Positions 1 through 7,781 of a stretch of 7,781 bases of DNA are shown here, in pieces. A program made the position numbers and the translations under genes. Origin of the DNA: Amoeboradix gromovi X-113 (Eukaryota > Fungi > Sanchytriomycota); contig JADGIF010000485.1 of the NCBI GenBank assembly GCA_018985225.1, positions 1 to 7,781 on the forward strand, given 5' to 3'. Each line of letters starts with the position of its first letter. Within the stretch, counting starts at the first letter, position 1. The notes under the pieces were generated by a model. The model made no database searches, had not been told where the DNA came from, and saw nothing but the letters and a program-made list of their open reading frames with translations.

Positions 1-100
1 GAATGTCCACTCGCCTCTTAAATCCATAAAATTAATAAAGCTGAAATAATGTTCCAAGTTGTTACTGAAAGTTAGTCTAGTTTTTATATTTGGTGTCCCA
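1..100 (+). repeat. Left copy of a ~100-bp imperfect inverted repeat, cut by the window edge
   Basis: Aligns by hand to the reverse complement of 7551-7649 with about 7 substitutions and 1 indel (~92% identity). Confidence 0.95.
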
Positions 101-580
101 AATGGATACACCAGATTGCTGATACTGAAGATAAGGTAAAAGACTTTGTTAGGACAAAGGAAAAATGTCACGCGCGAACCAATATAATTCGCTGGTGTCT
201 GATAGTTTCGTAGTGCTACCAAACTACAGCACTTCCCAGAGGAATTTTTATGTACAAGGACTTGATTACGAGTTTTGAACTCCAAAAGAGATGAAGTATG
301 AATACGAGAAAAAGTATTTGAAAAAATAAAAGCCAGAAGATTATAAACAATATGTTAGTTTGATTTTATTTACTGCACACGTTGTATGCTACTCTGGAGG
401 AGACTTTTGATGAACGAGGTTGGACGATTTACATAAACAGAAAGTAAAATAGTAAGAGCTTCCTATAGATGCGTCTAAAGTCAAAGCAATAGAGAGCAGA
501 GCAGAGAAGCTTTTAGTTTTACTCTAGAAGTGCAAAATGATTTTAATTTGGGCGATAAATATGGAGTACCTCTAAAAAAG

Positions 581-1259
581 TTAATTAGTATAGTTTTGGC
601 AGTGCGTGTCCCAAATACTAATATTAAACGCTTGCGGGTCATACGGATCCATTAATTTAGGGTTGCTAGATAGGCACATTGTATTTTTGCAATTGTTTTC
701 AGAATAATCATCTGGGTGCCAGTAAACAACAGATTCCAGCCAGGAGCAGCAGTAAATATTTAAATTCATTCTTTTAATAAAAGTGTTCCATTTTGAGACC
801 CAAAGAGCATATCTAAATGCAGATATATGGACAGAATATTTTGAACTACGCAATGCCTTTTCTTCACTTTTTTTAAGAGCTCTGAATGGAATTTGGAGCC
901 AGGCTGCGAGCATCTTGGCCGTTATATATCTGTCACTTGTAACCTTCATTTGAATTAATAAGCATCCAAGAAATAATGCTGGATTTCTTTTTAATGTTGA
1001 TAATTGAATTAAGGCTAAAAAAACAACTCCACTGGGTATTACAAGTAAAGCAGATTCCACGGCATTCACCAACTTTGGCATTTGAAAAAAGAGCGACAGA
1101 GTTTGCGCTATCATTTACTGGTCTAGGCCATGTATTCCATTCAGAAACCAGAGACATCTGACTGTAACAGCAAATCAGAATTGAGACATGACAATGGCTT
1201 ACGGCCTGTTTATTGAGACGATCCAGATTTTCCAGAATTCTCAGCAAGCTCTTATGCAA
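581..1259 (-). other. Overlapping unidentified minus-strand ORFs (581-1114 and 933-1259); possible orphan gene or pseudogene
   Basis: Open frames of 177 and 108 codons overlap in different frames. No domain is recognisable and no convincing joining intron was found. Confidence 0.25.
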
Positions 1260-1921
1260 ATCAAACCATCCATAAAGTCTTACCTTGATAGTAAATCAAG
1301 GGTTTCCACAGAGAAACTAAAAATGCTAGTTGCTCACACTTCAAGTACACTGAGGTGGGATTGAATATGGAATTGGACAGATTTCAAAGCATCTTTAACG
1401 CTGCTCAACTGGGTTTTTATTGTAAACAGCGTTTCTACTGATTCGAAAATGTCTGCAGCGACAGTCATTCAACCGACAAATATACGCAATTGTAATACAT
1501 CGTTTATTTAAATAAAACAGAATGGCTACACAAACCGAATGATAGTTGAAGATGAATACTTAACAGTTTCTCTATTGCTAGCTGCGGCACACTCTACAGT
1601 TAGTAGAAACGAACAGTCTTCTGATTGGAACTTCTTTTCTAGCTTGTAGAACCATCAGATAGTTCTTGTTGCAAAGGACATTCTGCATTTACTAGAAAAT
1701 TCTTTAGACTGACAATTATTCTGGAATTTAAGGCGTGAAGTCATTTGCTACATGAAATGAAAGAATATCTAGATTTTATCCAATCGAAAAAATTTATAAT
1801 GATAGCGCATTGTAGAAGAATGACTTGAGCTTCAAAGGTAAAAGAATAGCTCAACTAAATGCGATGCTGTACGAGGTCTTTGTGCAATTTTAAATGAATC
1901 CGTGTTTCAATCGTTTTCAAA

Positions 1922-4900
1922 ATGGAAGAACAAAGCTTTTGCAGAATATGCAGAGGGCATAGCGATGAAGAACCACTTTCTCAACCATGTAGATGTGATG
2001 GCTCGGTTAGATTTATTCACCAGAGCTGTCTTCAACAATGGTTGTCTGTTAGTCAAAAAACAACGTGTGAATTGTGTAAGTTCGAGTTCGTATTTACTCC
2101 AGTATATGCAGAAGATGCGCCTGATAGAATTCCTATTTTAATTGTGTGTAGGCGTGTTCTTATGAATCTGGGTTTTAACTTTATAAAATTTACGCGATTT
2201 ACAACAGTTGGATTGTTGTGGTTAGTTGTTATTCCATGGCTGTTATTCGTTTTTACACATACTCTATTTAATACCATTAATCTTATCCCACATCCTGTGA
2301 AAAGATTACAAATGGCCTCTATGTTTCCCAATCCAACCCGTACTGCAGAAATATTAGAAGGCCAAATAATTTACGCTGCAATGATAGCTTCCGCTATCAT
2401 GTTATTCTTTGCCAAGGAACTGTTGGGTCTGGATCAACTGGAAGACCCCAATCGTATTTTACAAGAGCGTGTTCGTCAGCAGCATTTAAGAGATCAACTA
2501 AGGCAACAACTGCTGGACCAAGATGTTAACCATGATGGTGGGCTAAATGGTGCGCCTCTACGTAGATTGGGCATAGGTAACAACAATCCTTTTTCTCTGA
2601 CTGAACGCACAGAAATAGCAAGATTAAGAATTGAACGCTTAGAAAGAAGATTGCGTAATGAAGATGATCTTAATGAACCCGAACCCAATGATCCTGTCGA
2701 TGAACAGATAGAATTTCCATTGCCAGCTGTGTCGCAGCCGCTGCTTCCAATCGAACCTGACAGAGAATTAGTGCCCGACTATCATGATTTGACCAGTGAG
2801 AGTGATACCAGTAGTGATAGCAATGATGTTTACCAGCACCAGCTGGATGATGAAAATGCCGCAATAGATGCTGTTCCTATCCAACAGCAACCTATTCAAA
2901 TCAATCTAAACAACCATAACAATGATCCTGATTCTATTACTGAGCTTTTAGGATTTACAGGTAGTCTTCACCATGCTCTGCATACAGCTTTGATTGTTTT
3001 AGCTTGTTTATTTGTTCTTGTGATAATCAGTGGTTATATACCTCTGCTCCTTGGCTATTCTACTGCTAAAATTCTGCTAATAGGGTCTTCTTTGTCTTCT
3101 GATCAATCTAGTTGGTCTACAAGATTTCTTTTAATACTTATTGGGTATTCATGGATATTCTTATTTTCTCTTGTTTTATTAAGCGTCATTTCTCTTTTTA
3201 CCAATCGGAACAGCATGTTTAACAAGGTGGTTAAGGTTTTGGATGTCAAAATTAAGAACTTTATTAAAATAACGGTGTTTTTATCTTTGGAATTAGTTGG
3301 GTTTCCGTTGTATAGTGGTGTTTTGCTTGTCGTTACCACTACCTATATACTGCAGAAATTCAACTCTACCTCTTATCTTGAATATTTGATAAAGCAATCT
3401 TTAAAATATCCTTTAATAACTTTGTTTTTAACCTGGTTTTGCGGCACCTTATTTATGTTCAACTTTAGTATGATAATTGACAAGATAAGACAAACTTGTC
3501 GCCCCGGTGTCCTGTGGTTTTTGAGAGACCCTACTGATCCTGACTTCAAACCAATTTATGAAATTACTACTCAACCAGTTTCTAAACAGCTTTACAAACT
3601 GCTTATTAGTGCTATGATGTATTTTACATTTATAGTCGTTGGCTATGGCCTATTTCTATTGCTTCTATCTACTTTATTCAGCTGCAAGCCATATAACACG
3701 CAATTTAATTTGCAATCGGAATTTCCCTTAGATTTGCTTGTATTTCACTTTTGTGTTCCACTTGTATTTAAGGTTATAGACCCTAAGCAGAGATTAGCAG
3801 ATATTATAAGTATCTTATTGAGGTCAACAAGTAAATTAATGGGGCTTCAAGATTACATGCTGAAATCTACTGCGGCAAACACTGATCCTGCAGAAAATAG
3901 TCCAAAACAAGCTCCTGCTGACAGCGTTCTTATTGCTGTACCTAATAGAGATAGTTTTAGATTACCATCTAAACAAAATGCTATTAACTATCTCAGCAGT
4001 ACGTTTGAAGAGTACCTGGTGGCCAATAATCTTAATTCTAATGACTGGATTGCAGTTCATGTACCTCATTTTTTCAAGTTACGTTTGTTTAGTGTTCTGA
4101 TTATGTTCTGGTCTTTATTGATATTCATCATTACTGCTATAATATTCTGTAGCATTATGCTAGGTAGGTCACTTTTGAATTTTGCATTCCAGAGCAGCCA
4201 TGATATCTACTCGTTACTGTTTGGCTTCTCTGTTTTAGGGCTATCCTGGCATTTTTGTTCAATGATTCTTAAAATGAATAGAGAGTCAATTATTACCATG
4301 TTTAACAGGTTCAGCGACCGTATAGTGTCTTTTATTATACTATCAGTCATCGTTCCCATAGGTCTAATGTCCCTGATATCGTTGGTTGTCATGATGCCTA
4401 GCCAAGTGCATAATGAAAAGACTTTAATTAGACATTATCTGCACGAATGGGCCATAGGGATAATATATGTTAGAGTGTTCTATGTGGTATATACACAAAT
4501 AGGACAGAATATACAGCACATAAATGATCAACTTATCAAACTGGTAATTTTTATTGTATCAATGCATGCAGTGCCGTATGCCATTGGCATATTGGCATCA
4601 TATATATTAGGTACTCTATTATTAATGTAGAAGAGTTGATTTTGTCCAAAGTAATTGAGATGTATCACTTGCCCAACAAATGGCTATTGGTGGACTTGAG
4701 TGGGCATTTTAGAGTACACAGACATGTGATAATACAGCTTATGTACCCGCTCATGGCGTTTTGGATAATATCGCTGTTCGTTATAGTGCAGCTAATAGCC
4801 AGATTAAGAAAGATGATTTATAAAATAAAAGAACAAGAGTTTGTTATAGCACAAGTCTTAAATGATATGCCAGATTTGCAAAGAACAAGCAACAACACAC

Positions 4901-4941
4901 CTAATGATACTCCCACAGGCGCTCCGCCAAGCTCAGGATGA
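1922..4941 (+). CDS. DOA10: ERAD E3 ubiquitin ligase of the Doa10/SSM4/MARCH6 (TEB4) family; spliced join(1922..4610,4631..4941), 999 aa
   Basis: N-terminal RING-CH (CRIC...PCRCDGSVRFIHQSCLQQW...CELC) followed by many hydrophobic TM segments and an acidic/Q/N-rich loop. TD-domain motifs LELVGFPLYSG and RPGVLWFLRDPTDPDF are present. The family C-terminal element (YP...TM...KIKEQEFVIAQVLN) lies in ORF 4636-4941. Removing 4611-4630 gives 2689+311=3000 nt, open to TGA 4939-4941. Start context is AAAATGG. Confidence 0.95.
1940..2077 (+). other. RING-CH (C4HC3, RINGv) zinc-binding domain of the Doa10 homolog
   Basis: Ligands C7, C10, C23, C25, H33, C36, C49 and C52, with the conserved W40. Confidence 0.95.
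4611..4630 (+). other. 20-nt spliceosomal intron in DOA10 (GTACTCTATTATTAATGTAG)
   Basis: GT..AG boundaries, AT-rich, with a TTAAT branch-like motif just before the TAG. It contains the in-frame stop of ORF 1922-4630. Excision gives ...YIL-E-E-LILSKV..., in frame with ORF 4636-4941, which carries the conserved Doa10 C-terminus. Confidence 0.88.
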
Positions 4942-4946
4942 ATAAA
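4941..4946 (+). promoter_or_regulatory. Putative polyadenylation signal AATAAA overlapping the DOA10 stop codon
   Basis: TGAATAAA at 4939-4946. The hexamer is common by chance in AT-rich DNA, but the position is fitting. Confidence 0.4.
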
Positions 4947-5627
4947 TTATAAAATGAAGTTATATACACGTCATTAGAGTAACTCTTCATTAAAAGTCTT
5001 GCGTTCTTAGAAAATCAAGAGTATCTCTGTCGAAAATAACCAGCTGCTTAATAAAGCTTTGGCTGCAAAAAGAGTTATAGGACTGATGAAATTACGGAAT
5101 GGAATAAACAGGACACTGTGAAAACTGGGCTAGAGATTTTGTATCGAGATTTTAAAGTAAATCTTCTGTACTGACATTTTCCTATTCTTTGATTTCATCT
5201 GTCTACTGCACTACACAAAGAAAAAAAGACCAAAGGCGGTCTTGTGCATATCTTACCAAACTCTTTCTATGATGCATTCACGGTCACTATGCCTGCCCAA
5301 TTCTATAAGGTTATAAAGAAAGCATCAGTCATCCAGTCATTGGAAATCTACTAAAAATGGCGAAAGACAAAGTTGGCATAGAAGAAATAGCAGAACTACT
5401 ACTTCGCTAATCTCTAGGCGCTAAAATATACCGTACTATTATAAAAATTGTGTTGTCTATTAACTACACTGCGTCTATTGGACTATTTTTATGTGGCAAT
5501 CTTGCTGGAGTATCTTTAAGTTTATTGTTGGGCCATTCCCTCAAAAAATAATTCTCTTAAATAGCTCCTCACTCGAGGATTGTGAAATCTCGGAGTTATT
5601 CAAGAACTTAACGTTTAGCGTAGGCAG

Positions 5628-6317
5628 ATGGAAATTCCAAAAGACGTTTTAATGGAAATATCCAAATATTCCTTTCCTGTGGCATACAGCTTTCAATTTT
5701 ACAAGATTTGTGAAAGAATTAGGTCCGTAGAACAGATATTTCTACAGCTAATTTCAGAGAATTCTCACGGGTTGATTCAGTGGAATAAAACTTGGCAATT
5801 TAAAAAAGCATCAAATCACTCTTTCTTAGAATTCCAAACAGATACAGCCTTTAAAGCTTTTATGGCTGACAATTTTGCTCTAATATTTGGAAACACTTGC
5901 GAGATTCGGGTTGTAATACCTTCCCAAGGATTCTCTTTGGCACTTCAGGAAAGATTTACTTTGGAAAACCCGCAATTCGACGTAGTTGAAATGTATGTCT
6001 CTTTCGATGTTTTCTGTATTTTTGAATACGAATATGTTTATCGTCACGGAATTATGCTGCGGTATAATCTGCTAAATGGAATGCTATATATATGGAATGG
6101 AACTGAAATATTTATCAACTATCAAGGAAAGTTTTTAAGCATTAATTGCCTATCGTATTCTTATTCTCAATTTCTTCTAGTAAATTATTTCTCCTATGAG
6201 ATTGCGTCGTTAGCGCTTTCATGCCGTAGTTTATTATTTAATCAGATAATCACGAATTATTTTATTGTCAATTTTGAAACAAGCAAATTTGGCAATGGTA
6301 GATTCAGAGAGTGCTGA
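5628..6317 (+). CDS. Hypothetical protein with a degenerate F-box-like N-terminus; 229 aa unspliced, or 209 aa as join(5628..6225,6246..6277)
   Basis: A 229-codon ATG-initiated ORF is unlikely by chance at this AT content. The N-terminus EIPKDVLMEISKY resembles the F-box start LPxEILxxIxxY. The remainder is aromatic-rich and unrecognised. The 3' end is uncertain. Confidence 0.6.
   Translation: MEIPKDVLMEISKYSFPVAYSFQFYKICERIRSVEQIFLQLISENSHGLIQWNKTWQFKKASNHSFLEFQTDTAFKAFMADNFALIFGNTCEIRVVIPSQGFSLALQERFTLENPQFDVVEMYVSFDVFCIFEYEYVYRHGIMLRYNLLNGMLYIWNGTEIFINYQGKFLSINCLSYSYSQFLLVNYFSYEIASLALSCRSLLFNQIITNYFIVNFETSKFGNGRFREC
6226..6245 (+). other. Candidate second 20-nt intron (GTAGTTTATTATTTAATCAG)
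   Basis: Same length and layout as the DOA10 intron (GTA.T.TATTATT.A...AG). Excision ends the upstream ORF at TGA 6275-6277 and removes its overlap with the next gene. Confidence 0.5.
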
Positions 6318-7521
6318 ATACGAATTGCCCGACATTCATGTTGTAAATGCTTTGAACATTGTCGAAATTCATAGCGCTATAATAGAACAGATCAACTCTT
6401 CTAGCTTTATCTGTGTCCATATCCAGTCAACAGATGCAGTGCAACTAAGCGATAGCCCTAATTCCGCAAATCAACTTTATGATAATTATTGCTTATTAAG
6501 AAGGGCTATAAACCAGTCCGGAGTCATTAGCATGGCCTTGAGCATCGGAAAGATTGATAGATTCCAAAATGTTAATTCAGTTATACATTACCAAATTGCC
6601 CTTTGTCCATTTACTGACCATAACGAACATCCGCATTTTCTTCAACACATGCTCACCAAAGGGTTCAACCCTAAAGAGTACCCGTTTGCTATTCGATACT
6701 TTCCTGGAAAACCACGATCAGATAACCAGTTGGGTGGAACGCAAAAACATTTCAAATACCCTGAGGCGCACACTGCATTTATCAAAATCACAAATGCTTT
6801 TCTTCGTCCGCCCCCAAGTCGATTAATGTTTGTATGGGATGGAATGCTAACTTTAATGACGTTGTATCGCCATTTTCATACAAATTTACCGAAGTCTCCC
6901 CAAGAGCTACTTGTTGATTTATATGACATGTACGGAAACACAGTTATAGATACTGCTCTATACGCAAACTTGAATGGACTCCCCCCTGTGTTGATGTATC
7001 TGGCTGTGATTCATGGTACTTCCGTTACGGCTCAATCTGCATCTTTTACTCAATCTTGGCCTTGCACTACTGATATTTATGAGCAGCAAATTATTCAAAG
7101 TAAAAACAAGGAATTGCGTAGCGTAGGCAGAGGTACAGTTTGTGAGAAGTACATAGAGAGTGGGTATTGTCTGTTAGAAGGTGCTTGTAGCTTCAGCCAT
7201 AACATTCAAGATATTGTATCTGGAGAACCGTTACATCGCGAAGATAGTATACAAAAAACGTGGAAAGTCCCTCAAAGATTTCGAACTTGGCACTTGGAGG
7301 GTGTTTGGCTAAGTTGCTTAATCAAGGAATCTGCTCATTTGCTATATGAAACACATCTGAACCAATTGTATAGCTATGGAAATTACAAAATCCATGTAAA
7401 ACCGATTTCAAATGTAATCAAGAGCGAGAACCATGATATTCGGATGCATAACTTATTCAATACCCCATTATTAACCAGAGCAAAAATTGAGAATTACAAG
7501 GGAAGGAGGTCGGGACGGTAA
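6295..7521 (+). CDS. TOE1: TOE1 (Target of EGR1/CAF1z)-like CAF1-family DEDD-fold protein with CCCH zinc finger, 408 aa, divergent active site
   Basis: Colinear similarity to TOE1/PARN-type blocks, recalled from memory: VNALNIVEIHSAIIEQINSSSFICV, YCLLRRAINQSGVISMAL, TKGFNPKEYPFAIRY, LMTLYRHFHTNLPKSPQELLVDLYDMY...IDT. An inserted C-x8-C-x5-C-x3-H finger is followed by SHNIQDIV. The first ATG is at 6295 (GCAATGG); the track start at 6265 is a TTG. Confidence 0.8.
   Translation: MVDSESAEYELPDIHVVNALNIVEIHSAIIEQINSSSFICVHIQSTDAVQLSDSPNSANQLYDNYCLLRRAINQSGVISMALSIGKIDRFQNVNSVIHYQIALCPFTDHNEHPHFLQHMLTKGFNPKEYPFAIRYFPGKPRSDNQLGGTQKHFKYPEAHTAFIKITNAFLRPPPSRLMFVWDGMLTLMTLYRHFHTNLPKSPQELLVDLYDMYGNTVIDTALYANLNGLPPVLMYLAVIHGTSVTAQSASFTQSWPCTTDIYEQQIIQSKNKELRSVGRGTVCEKYIESGYCLLEGACSFSHNIQDIVSGEPLHREDSIQKTWKVPQRFRTWHLEGVWLSCLIKESAHLLYETHLNQLYSYGNYKIHVKPISNVIKSENHDIRMHNLFNTPLLTRAKIENYKGRRSGR
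7141..7200 (+). other. CCCH zinc finger (C-x8-C-x5-C-x3-H)
   Basis: CEKYIESGYCLLEGACSFSH has the exact canonical spacing, with aromatic residues and Gly in the expected positions. Confidence 0.9.
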
Positions 7522-7550
7522 GTTCGATAGAGAAGGGAACAGAAAACAAA

Positions 7551-7649
7551 TGGGACATCAAATATAAAAACTGGACTAACTTTCTGTAAAAATTTGGAAC
7601 ATTATTTCAGCTTTATTACTTTATGGATTTAAGAGACGAGTGGACATTC
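7551..7649 (-). repeat. Right copy of the inverted repeat; may extend through 7650-7781
   Basis: The reverse complement reads GAATGTCCACTCGTCTCTTAAATCCATAAAGTAATAAAGCTGAAATAATGTTCCAAATT...TGATGTCCCA, matching 1-100. Similarity stops abruptly at 100/7551. Confidence 0.95.
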
Positions 7650-7781
7650 AGCTAGTTGCGGAGTTGACGAGTATAAAGGAAAATAAATATTCTGTACAGC
7701 TATTCTCTTACTCTTTCATCCAATCTTTATTTCAAACAAAATATCACTATTACACTTCAAAGAAATAGATAAGAGTAATGA

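Noticed and set aside
1188-1760. Stop-poor frames on both strands upstream of DOA10
   Set aside because: Several stops remain and no homology is recognisable, so they cannot be distinguished from intergenic or decayed sequence.
1902-4392. Short ORFs nested in or antisense to DOA10 (1902-2141, 2053-2331, 2494-2688, 2670-2864, 3103-3339, 4207-4392)
   Set aside because: They are shadow frames of a strongly supported CDS and have no recognisable motifs.
4628-4630. TAG readthrough or an alternative genetic code in DOA10
   Set aside because: The downstream ORF is in a different frame, so readthrough cannot join the two parts. No other in-frame TAA/TAG occurs in the long genes.
4636-4941. ORF 4636-4941 as a separate 101-aa gene
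   Set aside because: It starts at TTG and encodes the conserved Doa10 C-terminus, so it is exon 2 of DOA10.
5070-5354. Partly open plus frame with a GTAAAT...TACTGAC...AG intron-like stretch from 5157
   Set aside because: There is no start codon or recognisable product, the first AG shifts the frame, and the intron size is unlike the supported introns.
5575-5609. tRNA-His-like anticodon arm (GAGGA-TTGTGAA-ATCTC)
   Set aside because: There is no D-arm, no canonical GTTCRA T-loop and no acceptor stem.
6180-6317. Splice fusion of the F-box-like and TOE1-like ORFs
   Set aside because: The TOE1 frame has TAA at 6247-6249, and the short GT-AG pairs I tested downstream give the wrong phase or are implausibly small.
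6554-6826. 90-aa alternative-frame ORF inside the TOE1-like gene
   Set aside because: It starts at TTG, is fully nested and has no motif.
5616-7131. 13-bp exact direct repeat TAGCGTAGGCAGA (5616-5628 and 7119-7131)
   Set aside because: About one match of this length is expected by chance in 7.8 kb, and one copy lies in coding sequence.
7518-7542. GTAAGT donor overlapping the TOE1-like stop codon, suggesting a terminal intron
   Set aside because: The following sequence is purine-rich with no branch-like motif, unlike the other introns. TOE1-like similarity is already complete. RNA-seq would be needed to exclude it fully.

Overview
AT-rich (roughly 35% GC by eye), gene-dense eukaryotic DNA using the standard genetic code, most consistent with a compact-genome fungus or fungal relative (inference). 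The + strand carries three genes. (1) A Doa10/SSM4/MARCH6-family ER RING-CH ubiquitin ligase at 1922-4941, which the ORF track splits in two; a 20-nt GT-AG intron (4611-4630) rejoins the halves in frame. (2) A ~210-230 aa protein with an F-box-like N-terminus from 5628, probably with a second, similar 20-nt intron (6226-6245). (3) A TOE1/CAF1z-like DEDD-fold protein with an intact CCCH zinc finger (6295-7521) whose catalytic residues appear lost. A ~100-bp, ~92% identical inverted repeat (1-100 and 7551-7649) brackets the whole block. Region 1-1900 holds only unidentifiable or degenerate reading frames. I found no RNA genes, CRISPR arrays or transposase.
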